A DNA stretch of 64,000 nt, from the IMG/VR virus record IMGVR_UViG_3300030333_008051, positions 1-64,000 of that record; one strand, written 5' to 3'. The position numbers and the translations under genes are program-made. Positions 37,901-47,500 of the stretch are shown here, one piece after another. The stretch is from a virus. Under the pieces are notes generated by a model. That model saw only the letters and a program-made list of their open reading frames with translations, searched no databases and was not told where the DNA came from. The first letter of the stretch is position 1. Every line of letters begins with the position of its first letter.

Positions 37901-39372
37901 CTAGTAGCCGTTAGCGCAGCACTAACGGCAGCTGAAAACTCACCGTTAGCTATTGTTGCACCACTTGCTGCAGTGTATGTTTTCTTTGTTCCGTCAGAAG
38001 AAATAAGTGTAATTTTTTCACCTACTGTTGCACTTCCTGTAAAGGTCAAAGTGGCACCGCCGTAAGTCTCACCATAATCACCCTCGGTGCTGATAAGGCT
38101 GATTACAGATCCTTCTAAAGCACTTCCACTAAAAGTAAATTCTGCCGAAGCATTTCCACCAATTTCGTAAGTCTTTGTAGTTCCAGCAGTATCTGTAAGC
38201 TGTACAGTGTCTCCAACTACAGGTAAGTCTGTAATTTGGAATTCTGTTTTTGCTCCCGAAAATCCTAAAAAGCCTTGGTGAGTTTGAGAAAAATAATTGC
38301 TGGGGTCTGCAACTACCATTGCGGAAGCTGTTTCAGATAGTACTTGGTAGGTTTTGCTTACATTGCTACTGTTAACTAATGTAAGCTCAGAGTCTGCATC
38401 GGGAATTCCAGATAAATTGAAGCTAGCAAGAGCTCTTGTGGTCGTGGCTGAGGTAATTTTGTCACCATGGCCTGCGGTAATTGCAGCCTTCATATTAGCC
38501 GCTATCTGTTTATTGGTTAAACCACTGTAGGGAACTACGTAATTACTTCCTTTCAAGTCTCCAGCACTGTAACTACTGCCATAAACCATTTCGTAAGTTT
38601 TCGCTGTATTGTCAGTGCTAGTTAAAGTAAAAGTTTCTCCTGCATTAAAATTGTTAGCTAATACTCTTATGTTTGCTGTGGATGCTGAAGCTGTAGCTGC
38701 AGTTGCATTAGAGAACTTGTAGTTCTTCGCGGTACCAGCGGTATCAGTAAGAGTTACATAGCCGTCATTGAACGCAGCAATATCATTTGCTGATGAAACC
38801 GGAAAAGCAATATTGCCACCAGATCCTTCTGCTACTGGCGCGAAAGATTCTTTAAAGACATAAGTTTTTGAAGTGTTGGCTGCGTCAACCAATGTAACTG
38901 TTCCAGCTTCCAAAAGATTTAATGTAACAACCTTTAGAGTTAAATCGCTTACTGCTTTTTGTGCAGTCATCGCTATTGTGTCTGAGAACTGGTAAGTCTT
39001 AGTTGTGGTAGCATTACCATCTGTATCGTTTGGTGCAACAATGGCTATTGTTTCATTGTTCAGATTGGCAGAAGTGGTAGTGTTGACCGTAAGGGTAGCA
39101 GTAGCTCTATTTCCCCAGTCAATCAAACCTACTATATCTTCGCCCGAATGCATCCCAGAGACATTAGTTTTTATTGAGTTCCAGTCAATGCTAGATTTGT
39201 AAAGACCTAACCCAATTTCAGTTATGGCTCCATAACTATGAGGTATTGCGACCTCACTATCTACCCCTTGAAATAGCTTCCAGATGCCTGACAAGCCAGT
39301 TTGTGCTACTCCTTGGACGTTATTTACTACGTAACTGTAGGTAACTACATTACTATAGTCGAGTGTTGACAT
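34957..39372 (-). CDS. Virion surface protein with ten nested copies of a sheath/flagellin-insertion-like domain
   Basis: Ten N-halves (AxxTxxF..GxTITLxSxDGTxKTY) and ten C-halves (LKxAI..GH..I..LxLTQ..GxxGNT.I..FTGG); short C-terminal domain ETGKWEI..FDLFD..FSRVP. Confidence 0.75.
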   Translation of the reverse strand: MSTLDYSNVVTYSYVVNNVQGVAQTGLSGIWKLFQGVDSEVAIPHSYGAITEIGLGLYKSSIDWNSIKTNVSGMHSGEDIVGLIDWGNRATATLTVNTTTSANLNNETIAIVAPNDTDGNATTTKTYQFSDTIAMTAQKAVSDLTLKVVTLNLLEAGTVTLVDAANTSKTYVFKESFAPVAEGSGGNIAFPVSSANDIAAFNDGYVTLTDTAGTAKNYKFSNATAATASASTANIRVLANNFNAGETFTLTSTDNTAKTYEMVYGSSYSAGDLKGSNYVVPYSGLTNKQIAANMKAAITAGHGDKITSATTTRALASFNLSGIPDADSELTLVNSSNVSKTYQVLSETASAMVVADPSNYFSQTHQGFLGFSGAKTEFQITDLPVVGDTVQLTDTAGTTKTYEIGGNASAEFTFSGSALEGSVISLISTEGDYGETYGGATLTFTGSATVGEKITLISSDGTKKTYTAASGATIANGEFSAAVSAALTATSLKNAIDHANGHTASRITVSDNGSGVLSLTQAATGAVANYGNTPITHNIANMTAPVAFVNGFSPRTDYIATSSLAPNGSGGAFTKFKLDSAFTHNAEIVIESLAGEKETFIAKTNGTNGNDIKSEATITFTGNPNINETITIISTDGTSKTYSAKTSENSSAGTFDANNGPTVSGNTLKAAIEHTNNHGGKITVAHDGNGGLTLTQVVSGMAGNTTITSGLANTTVNNFTGGGVEFNKGSSALLASQNLQATINGADKVSTTVYNNNETLPTLTFVQDFNGPRGNTVVTINNTFSSAVNGGSVANFANGEYHKFRIQPAAASQALSLVEAVNALDTNSSTITASNPSGGQVVLTQDFGSAGNTTITTSGNFENSTSVNPPATFTGGAANGAALPNGNIAIHKANTVGMMGDMMEVGILGSAGHNGTIRFETDASNNVLMFQSQPGAAGSTSITKTGNWGWATLGTAFSESVENRVYIARRSTTGDQITTLKNAINSTVGHGSTFVVTQQNANAFVIRQSEYNDAGKTTISSTGTFTSAAPSAFTESDNENWQVKLTQATTGADGDTSITHTNGMDDGLKTELDESFSGGKYATGKVLNTYVLVGIHGITTASDLRAQFKAALVGSTGHNATIAAVDAGTSPLRLDLTQAVGGTAGDKSIAISGVNHLHLTKANFSGGVDPTGTLDNGNIVIGTKGLTTKDTIAEEIRKAIVHANGHNGTIAATLDTSGSNPIVKLVQGTAGTAGNKTNSTTLINSRLTVDNFTTGKDVNGSLVGSNVGVALYDASNAALDAVTEIRDALQGAIENTTNGHGSLIICTPNSSTGALALSMYNHGTAGNTSITTNVAGGDITIPAAFTGGATLNNNERYTHLHISNNDRSQHSNAAKIGEIHGWTQSINSAAGTDTAKLVAIQSSLDSLTTTTTSIKDTVDLLKEVETGKWEISNKKLTLYKSDKVTKIAEFDLFDKAGKRTDTAPFSRVPSS

Positions 39373-39386
39373 GTTTTCTCCGCACT

Positions 39387-40271
39387 TTATTTACCCCATT
39401 GCAATGGATTTTCTTCCAGGATAATATTAGCTATCTTAGCACCATAAGGATTCAGAAGCAATCTCTCCCAGACCCCATTATCGTTCAGCAACAGGTCTTT
39501 AGTAAATTGGTCAGTCGAACTGTCGTTGACCTCAAATACCTTAACCGGTTGCCAATAAAAAATAAAGGGGAATCTGCTATATTCGGCATGAATTGAACCC
39601 CCACCAGTATTGTGGGAGTAAATGTAGCCAAAGTCATAGTCTATATAGTAATCTCCATCTTGCAACATTAAATCTAAACTAGCCACCTCGTTTCTATAAA
39701 CTATTGAATTAGATAACATAACTTTTCTTAAATTTTCTAGATCTAACTTATTTAATCTAGAAGATGTAAGTGGCTGAAGAGGTAGAACTCTGTCAGTGTT
39801 ACTTATCTTTAAATTAAACGATTTTAAATAATCGTCGAAAAGCTTAGACTTCGTTACCGTCAAGAAAGTTAAAGTCGAAAGCTGAGAATAAACATCTCTT
39901 AAAAAATACTGCTTATCTCTTAAAGAGAGATTACAAGTAAGTACTGGTTCGTTTGCACCATAGTTCCAGTCATCCCAAACTTTTAAGAAAGATGCATCAA
40001 TTTCTATTCTTGGATCTTTTGCAACAGGTCTGCCATCTGCATCTACAACAAGTTCTGCTATCATTACTTCTTTATCAAAAACACCAACTTTTCTTTGCGG
40101 TGTAGTAATGATTGAATCTTTTTTTGGATTGGGAGGGTTTCTAATGTGAAGCAACAGTCTTCTTCTGTAGTCTTCTGCACCCTCTCCCGGAAGTCGAGTT
40201 AGCCCTATATCTATACCAACTTCATCAATAGAACTTGGAAAGCTATAGCCCTCCTGTGTGTACTTAGGCAT
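39387..40271 (-). CDS. Baseplate wedge-associated protein
   Basis: SIDEVGIDIGLTRLPGEGAEDYRRRLL matches the LDxxG..R..GE.D..YRxR motif of baseplate I-like proteins; YIDYDFGYI. Confidence 0.6.
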   Translation of the reverse strand: MPKYTQEGYSFPSSIDEVGIDIGLTRLPGEGAEDYRRRLLLHIRNPPNPKKDSIITTPQRKVGVFDKEVMIAELVVDADGRPVAKDPRIEIDASFLKVWDDWNYGANEPVLTCNLSLRDKQYFLRDVYSQLSTLTFLTVTKSKLFDDYLKSFNLKISNTDRVLPLQPLTSSRLNKLDLENLRKVMLSNSIVYRNEVASLDLMLQDGDYYIDYDFGYIYSHNTGGGSIHAEYSRFPFIFYWQPVKVFEVNDSSTDQFTKDLLLNDNGVWERLLLNPYGAKIANIILEENPLQWGK

Positions 40272-41895
40272 AATTAATCTCTACGTCATCATAGAGCTCT
40301 CTAAAGAGAAGCTTTTGCTGATTAAAATCAGCTAAATAAATATCTTTATTTAAAGAATACCTATAATAGGATTTACCTACACTAATGCACAAGTAATTTT
40401 CTTTATCAAAGAAAATACCGTCCGCAGTATCCAGGCCAGAATCAAAATCTTTTACTGCCTTGAGACTTTCACACATGACTCCAGTCTTACTTACCATTGC
40501 TACTTTATCTAAACCAAGGAATGTAGCTTCGCAATAAAAGTCCCATTGACCAAGCTGATCAAAAGTATTGTAGAATCTAAAATCTTCCCAAGATTCTTCT
40601 GGAGGTTTACCGGGCAACATAGTACCTGGAAAAGAAGCATATGCCGCAGCCCAGGTCATCGTTGTAGGCTGCAAGTATTCTTCTACACCATCTGGCTTAA
40701 CTCGCTTAATCGCTACTTTTTGAACAGGAAGTACTAAAGCTCTAAACCAGGTCCACAAAGGTATTTTCTCATCTAAAACAACTCTATCTTTTATTGATAA
40801 AATATCAATATATGTGTCTTCGCTTGGTGGAGTTCCTCTATTAACAAATGGGCTCAACCCCATTTCATATACGTGTATTTTTCCATTAGTATCTAATACA
40901 TAGCCTCTTGTATCTACAGGGCTTACAGACATCCCGATAGCTTTGAACGTTGCTCCAGTAGAGTCTAGTAGTCGTTGATTAGCCATCTCTTCTTCTACGG
41001 TATCCTCCAAATCTAAAACTTCTTCTCTTCTGTAAGATGCTCCTGAACGATATCTAATTATTTTTGATTTTAAATGAGCTATATCGCTATTGTTTTCTAA
41101 ATAAAGAGCTAATGGTCCACTTAAATCTGATATTACCCCTGTATCGAACTTATGTATGATTCGACCAGTATCTACCGCACCATGCTCTTTTGTTGTAAGA
41201 GTGATTTTGATTTTACCATCAAAGCCACACCACTGAACATCAGTCAACTTTCTAAACAGATTCATGGGGGTGTAATACCCATCATCGTTTATATTTATAT
41301 ATTCTTTTACCTGATTGTTATCTTCGTCTAAACCAGTCAGATAAATATAATGAATTCCATAGAATGGATTGTCGACATCCCTGTCAGTTCCTTCTTTCTG
41401 ATAAATAGTACTATCGTACACTTGCACAAGAAGTCTTTCTGGAGTACCTGCTTTATCAGTATCTATGCTGTTGTAAACAGTTGGGCTTGAGCTTTCCCAG
41501 ATCGTCCAATTATCAACCACAACTTTCTGCTTATTGGTAACTCTATCAGGTACGGAGAAAAAGAAATCAGCTATACTTGCAGCTCTTGCGACTGTGTAGG
41601 TAGTTCCAGATATGTTTCCAGAAACTGTTGGATAAACAATAGTGCTTACCCAGCCGTCTTCGTTGGTTCTTGTCATGTAGTCTGATTCTTGTAAAAAGAT
41701 TTCTTGCAGAGTTAAAAAACTTATATCTTCTGCTAAAACTTTTAACATTTCAGAAGTTTTTACTATTTCTTTTGTTGCAATTTCACTAAAGCCGCCAAGC
41801 GCACTCATGAATCTATTGCCATAAGAAGAAGGATCTTTTCTCATCTTTGCCCACAAGGGAAAAGTATTTAACAATCTTTGCTCAAAGAACCCCAT
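40264..41895 (-). CDS. Baseplate-associated structural protein
   Basis: 543-aa ORF directly downstream of baseplate J; N-terminal LLNTFPLWAK..PSSYGNRFM. Confidence 0.55.
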   Translation of the reverse strand: MGFFEQRLLNTFPLWAKMRKDPSSYGNRFMSALGGFSEIATKEIVKTSEMLKVLAEDISFLTLQEIFLQESDYMTRTNEDGWVSTIVYPTVSGNISGTTYTVARAASIADFFFSVPDRVTNKQKVVVDNWTIWESSSPTVYNSIDTDKAGTPERLLVQVYDSTIYQKEGTDRDVDNPFYGIHYIYLTGLDEDNNQVKEYININDDGYYTPMNLFRKLTDVQWCGFDGKIKITLTTKEHGAVDTGRIIHKFDTGVISDLSGPLALYLENNSDIAHLKSKIIRYRSGASYRREEVLDLEDTVEEEMANQRLLDSTGATFKAIGMSVSPVDTRGYVLDTNGKIHVYEMGLSPFVNRGTPPSEDTYIDILSIKDRVVLDEKIPLWTWFRALVLPVQKVAIKRVKPDGVEEYLQPTTMTWAAAYASFPGTMLPGKPPEESWEDFRFYNTFDQLGQWDFYCEATFLGLDKVAMVSKTGVMCESLKAVKDFDSGLDTADGIFFDKENYLCISVGKSYYRYSLNKDIYLADFNQQKLLFRELYDDVEINYA

Positions 41896-41904
41896 TGCAA
41901 AACC

Positions 41905-43176
41905 CTATATCAATGCATCTATTTTTTGGAATCTTACCGTTAAGCTACCTAATGCTCCAAATTCATATCTTTCTAGGCGGTAGTTAAGACTATCAAGTGT
42001 TGTTCTTTCAGAAGCAACCCTAACTCCACTGTAATCTTTTCTTATGTAGACGTTGTTAAAAAGCTCATCGCTTGATCCCCTGTCGACAACTTTTGAACTA
42101 ATTTCTTTATTTCTTGCTATCATTTTTCTAATAGCTTCTAAAGATATGGATTTTATTGGTGCACGAGTTCTTCTTGAAAAGTATCTATCCATTACTCGTT
42201 TTACAGCTCTTTTTATAGAATTTTGTTCCGTAGCTGACAGTGTCGTCTGAGTGTAAAGTACCAAGTCAAAATCAAACCTTACCTTAACTCCTGGAGATGC
42301 AAGTATTTTTACACCAGCAGTCTGTATTGCATTTATTTTTTCTTGAACTTTTCTAACAAGCGCTTGAGATGATTCGTTATCTTGACCAAAAACAAAAACT
42401 GCACATGTACCTATTCCAAAGAAATTAGGCTCTAGTCTCATATCGAGAACTCCTGGCACTGTAAGAGCTCTAAGAAGCAAGGAGTCTTCTGTTGCTCCAG
42501 CAAGAGCGCCATAGTGGCTGGATATTCTGAAACGCAGATTATCATCGCTTTCTATGTTCTGGCCGTTTATAATAGAGTAATCATTTTTGCATTTTAGTGG
42601 TGCGCCAGCTACAAAGTCTGTATACCCTGTAAAGTTGTGGGCAACTAAAACATTCTCTGCAACATTTTGCGCTGTGCCCGGAGTGGTTGCTTTTATTCCA
42701 CAATAGTATGAAGATGCTGATGCTGGCAGAGTGTAGGTTTGAACAGTTACGTATTTGATGTCTGTTGCTGACTGGCTAACTCTTCCTGGAGTTAGTGCGC
42801 TGCCTGGAGAAATTACAGTTCCCGCAGGTATAACAATATCTGCTCCACCATTTATATCTCCAAAAGTCGTTGAACAATAAAAAAAGAAATTCATCTCATT
42901 TTTCTTGCTGTCTGCATAGGTTGGTGACAACCTTCTTACCCCTCTGTTTTCACCAAGTGATTCTAAAGCTTTGCCAGTGGCACTAGATATTTGTAAACTG
43001 TCAATAGCTCTAGTTGCTCTTTGCGACATTAATGACTGTTCTGTAGCAATTGCGTCAACCATACTTTTGGCTGCGCCATCTTTTGCCCAGTGAGTAATTC
43101 CTGATCTTTGCTGAAGCTGATCTTTGACTTCCTTCGAAAGACTTCGAACAGTTTTCATTGTTGGTTTTATAGCCAT
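41905..43176 (-). CDS. Baseplate J-like wedge protein
   Basis: SSATGKALESLGENRGVRR, VIPAGTVI, GQNIESDDNLRFRI, ALTVPGV. Confidence 0.9.
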   Translation of the reverse strand: MAIKPTMKTVRSLSKEVKDQLQQRSGITHWAKDGAAKSMVDAIATEQSLMSQRATRAIDSLQISSATGKALESLGENRGVRRLSPTYADSKKNEMNFFFYCSTTFGDINGGADIVIPAGTVISPGSALTPGRVSQSATDIKYVTVQTYTLPASASSYYCGIKATTPGTAQNVAENVLVAHNFTGYTDFVAGAPLKCKNDYSIINGQNIESDDNLRFRISSHYGALAGATEDSLLLRALTVPGVLDMRLEPNFFGIGTCAVFVFGQDNESSQALVRKVQEKINAIQTAGVKILASPGVKVRFDFDLVLYTQTTLSATEQNSIKRAVKRVMDRYFSRRTRAPIKSISLEAIRKMIARNKEISSKVVDRGSSDELFNNVYIRKDYSGVRVASERTTLDSLNYRLERYEFGALGSLTVRFQKIDALI

Positions 43177-43185
43177 TTGAATCTC

Positions 43186-43614
43186 CTAAACAAGCCTTGG
43201 TATCATTTTGTTTTCTCTTAAATCATACTGCATATTTATAAATACTGGTTCTCCAGACATAGCTATAGTTGCGTAAACTAATACAAGAACTTTGTTCTTT
43301 GCAATTGGAACTACTTCAACTTTCAAACTGCTTCCAGAAATTGCACCCTCGTCCATTAGTGTGGAGACTACCTTTGCTTTGATTAATGCACCTGTTTGTC
43401 TATTGTTTGGCAATCCAGCGAAATGGCTCAAACTTGCACCAATGTCAGGATGTAGTACCCAGTCACCAAGTGAGCTTTGCAGACGCTTCATTATTGTTTG
43501 TCTAGCAACACGCCCCCCTTCATGGTTGGCTCTTTTAATATCTCCATTGGGACCAAGGGAGAAATCTCCATCTTGTGACCAGTGAAAATCAACACTGTTT
43601 CTGGTAATAATCAC
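43186..43614 (-). CDS. gp25/GPW-like baseplate wedge (sheath initiator) protein
   Basis: DGDFSLGPNGDI, QTIMKRLQS..GDWVLHPDIGASL..FAG; sits immediately upstream of baseplate J. Confidence 0.8.
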   Translation of the reverse strand: MIITRNSVDFHWSQDGDFSLGPNGDIKRANHEGGRVARQTIMKRLQSSLGDWVLHPDIGASLSHFAGLPNNRQTGALIKAKVVSTLMDEGAISGSSLKVEVVPIAKNKVLVLVYATIAMSGEPVFINMQYDLRENKMIPRLV

Positions 43615-43616
43615 AA

Positions 43617-43988
43617 CTAGCCTCTAGAGGATTTAGCTATTGCACCCAAGGCAACAACTGCTGCTGAAGCAGCAACAACTGGCCCAAGCATTGGCAACAA
43701 ATCCATAAATGGTGGTAAGAAAATTCTTTGGGGAAAGCTTGCTATCGAAGGCAACATAGACATTGGCCATGGACATGTTATTTGCCCAGGATGATTTATT
43801 ACGTCTTGCTCCAAGCAAATCTTACCACCGCCAAGAGAAGCTGAAGTGTTCCCACTTTCTTTATCGCCGCAGATTGTTAAGTGCCCGCCAAGACCTCCTG
43901 GCTCTCCTGTGTTTATACAGGCACTTCCTTGTTCATTGAGAATGATTCTGGCCCTTCTTGGCCCAAGGGTTGTATTTTTTGTACTCAT
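43617..43988 (-). CDS. Hypothetical baseplate-region protein with hydrophobic C-terminus
   Basis: AAGGAG RBS; short Gly-rich beta strands then LLPMLGPVVAASAAVVALGAIA. Confidence 0.6.
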   Translation of the reverse strand: MSTKNTTLGPRRARIILNEQGSACINTGEPGGLGGHLTICGDKESGNTSASLGGGKICLEQDVINHPGQITCPWPMSMLPSIASFPQRIFLPPFMDLLPMLGPVVAASAAVVALGAIAKSSRG

Positions 43989-44006
43989 GCTAATCTCCTT
44001 GTAGCT

Positions 44007-44570
44007 TTATGCGTTTTTTAAAGTCGCTATCCAATTCATTATAGGTCCGCAGCCTGGGTGCTCTGGACCCATTGGCCCACAAACTCCAGCAATACTGGTA
44101 GGAAGATTCGTATCTACTTCGCTTACTATTGGTTCGGTAGTTAACCCGTTGCAATACTCTGTACCACGCGAACCAATAAATTCTCCTCTACCAGCGTTTA
44201 GTTGATGCGGTTCCGGACCTTCTGCAAAAACTTGAAAAAGTTTATCTTCAAAAGCATCGGGAGTACTGCCTACTTTCCAGACATCCTCCTCGCTTTTGTA
44301 AACTCTAGAGTCTGCTGGAACACGTATCTCTGTTTCAGTGCCTGGAATTTTCGCCCTTATATAGAAAAGTGGGCGAGTATCACAATCGTCTCCAAATGGT
44401 TTTGCTTCACCTTGACCAAACCCTTTAATCCCATCTATTCCAGTGCACAAGTAAGGTCCAAAACACTTTGTATATGTTTGTTCACTGTAAGTAGACCTTT
44501 TGATTTCGGAATGTGACTGATCAGTTCTTACTGAACTGACTTGGTTGGTTCTAGTTTTTGAAGTAGACAT
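44007..44570 (-). CDS. Hypothetical baseplate-region protein (spike-gene position)
   Basis: Start MSTSK at 44570 overlaps the upstream stop (TAATG); located between the hub-like gene and the wedge genes. Confidence 0.6.
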   Translation of the reverse strand: MSTSKTRTNQVSSVRTDQSHSEIKRSTYSEQTYTKCFGPYLCTGIDGIKGFGQGEAKPFGDDCDTRPLFYIRAKIPGTETEIRVPADSRVYKSEEDVWKVGSTPDAFEDKLFQVFAEGPEPHQLNAGRGEFIGSRGTEYCNGLTTEPIVSEVDTNLPTSIAGVCGPMGPEHPGCGPIMNWIATLKNA

Positions 44571-47500
44571 TATAGATTTTCCTTTGACCAATCGAACATA
44601 GTTACTCCATGGTGTATGTAGCGATCAACAAAACCACTTCTGTTACCATGTATTTTATCATATGCTGCCCAACTATGAGCTTTATATACTTGCCATTCAT
44701 CAACAAGCCTAGTCATACCATTCATAGTATCTTCTGCAGCGTTTGTAACGTTGCCAAGTATACTGTTGAATAGTTCTGCTGGGCTCTTAAGCGTTAAGCC
44801 GCTAACAATAGGTCGATTTCCTTTTATCAATGGTACTACATTCACTGTCTCTTCTTCCATACATTTCGCAAAAAGTATTGGCATTCCAATAAGCCAAGCA
44901 GCAGAAGATCCTATTGCACCAGATCTCTGTGTCATTCCACTGATTCCTGCTTGACCTGCAACTATTGCTACTACACTTTGTATTAGCGGGCTATAGTGAG
45001 ACAGATTGAAGTTTCTAATTGGGTGACGCGCAGCGCCAAGAAGTCTTGGAACGTTCATCAACAATCTTCCGCTACCAGCAGCCAAAGCTGCTGTACCAAA
45101 AATTCCGCTTAATATACCGTAAGTTGCACTAAGACGATTACTGTTTGCAGACCTTACAATATCTCTTCCATCTTCGACCAAACCGTTGTCTTCCAAAACT
45201 TCTATAAAATCTTCAAGAGGATTTTCTTGTCCAAATCTTGTAGAATATTTTTTCATAAAAAAGTCAACCATGCGCGAGTCTGCTTCTGGAGAAAAGAACA
45301 TGTCTGTATTTCCAAAGAAATCTGCTCCTTTTCCATTTTCTTCAACTGACTTGACGGCCATTGCAAATAATTTTATTCCCTCAAGTATTGGCCAAGTTGA
45401 AATTTCGTTTGCCATTACTACTGCATTTGGTTTTATCTCAGTTAAGAAACCAGTTTCATGACTAAACATATGTACGACAGATTCAACTTCTACTGGTCCA
45501 TACATATCGTTGTAGTCATCCATAAGTATACAGACATCCCAAGGTCTTATCCTTGGGTTGCCTAAGATCATTATTTCACCCTTATACATTTCTCTCAAAC
45601 CGTACATAAGCGCAGATTGTCCATATCTTAGTGCCATTGATTGGCCTTTGCAATTTGGATAATTAACTACTGCAGTGTTGAGCATATTGTCTGGTATTTG
45701 AGAACTAGCTTTCATAAACTGAGTTTTTATTGGCGACACACCAGCTGAAGTTTCACGAGGTCTTCCGTCTTTCTCATTCCAATCGATATATTGAACATTG
45801 ACTGCATTGACTACGCTAGATTCACTTGTCATGATTCCGTTTTGAACTATGTCTTGATCAGAAGTAATCATGTGCCACCTTCTGAATGGAACAAATCTGT
45901 TTTCCATACCAGTAACAAATTCTTGCATCATTCTGTTTTGAAAATGATCCGTCCACATAGTTTGGGCTTTTGTCTCTGTGTCGCCGGCCAGGTGTTCCCA
46001 ACGTTCGTATGCTTCGGCGGAAGGGCTGGGAAGAGTTGGGTTTAGTGCTTGTGCGGCCAAGAGAGCAGTGTCATACCATTCTTGAATAATATCGCGAGGA
46101 TAAAGCTCTTCTGCTTGTTTGCGTAAAGTATTGTAGTTATTTCCAGGGTCATTTAGATATCTGTGGATCTTATTCATTCTTTGTACAAAATTAGTATCTC
46201 CTGGTCTTGCCCAGTACCTTTGGGAAGGAACTCCGAAGAACATAGTGTTTCTAAATTTTGTTCCATACGGTCTAACCCCATAGATCCATCCTGGGTGTCT
46301 ATGTGACATTTCCTGGAAGGTTTGCCAAATCGTTTGTGCTCTCAATTTATATCTGCAAGCTCCAGGTCTTACTCTTTTCTCAAGAATGTGTGCGTCAGGT
46401 ATATCAGACCACGCATCAAACCACTCAGACATTTTAGTGTAAGTTATTCCAACATAATTGTTTAGTATGCTGTCGAACATTGCTCTTACTGGCATTTCAA
46501 CATTTCTTTCCCAAAAACTTTTCTTATCATACCAACCTAAAGTCATATAGCTTGCAGGATTTGGAGGAAAAAGATTGTCATCTGCGGGAGTCATTTTTAG
46601 TGTTGCTTTAACTTTTGCTACAGACTGTCTGTATTTGTTTATATAGTTATCTTGAGCCCACCTAGTAATATTCGTTAATAAAAGATCTGCACCCTTTGCA
46701 GCAATCCACAACGGCACCGCAGCTCTAACCAAGTTGGCTGGACCTTTAATAAAGAGATTACCAAATGTAGCTTTACCAACCATCCATGCTAAAGGTGCTA
46801 CAGATGATCTTCCTGCCCAACCTTTTAGCGATTGTGCTGCAGCACCCATTGGCCACCAAGCAAACCTTTGCACCGCTGCCCTTGTTTGAAGTTCGTACAC
46901 TTCTCTTGCTATATTTTGTCTTGCAAGTAGTCGAGCGTTTCCCGTGCTATTCGCTGCTGTTCTTGCAGCTTGAGTTATTCTAGCTGCAGCAGCCGCTGCA
47001 GCTTCCGATCCTCTAATGCCGCTGATTCTGTCTATAAGTTGTTTAGCTGCTGTCGCTGCACGACCAGCAGTACCATTGAAACCTGGTTTTAACACTTCTG
47101 CTAATTCATCAGCACTGGCGACAAGATCATCAATTGATGAACCCCAACGAGTTCCAAGCCTCATTGCAGGCCCGCCACTTCTTACCGCACTACCCCAACC
47201 AGGCCCTCCAGAGCGCACATTTTTAATTATGCTGCCTAAGATTCTGAAAGGGGTCATAAGAGCATAACCTACTATGTTTTCTCCTGGAGATAAAGGATTG
47301 TTATAGCTCAACCAACTAAAAACTCTGCTTCGCTGACTAGCTTGTTGCACATAAGTGACGGTTGGACGAGCAGTTTGAACCATTGCGCCTGGAAAGGTCT
47401 CAGTTGCTTGCATTGGGCCAATTAAAGGTTGGCCCCCACCTGCAACTCGACCACCTGATCCTCGAGCAACCAATCTGGCACCACCTGCTCTAACTGCCAA

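Noticed and set aside
34957-39372. Tail sheath protein or simple tandem-repeat fibre
   Set aside because: No sheath core domain is recognisable, and the repeat halves are ordered as nested openers and closers, not in tandem.
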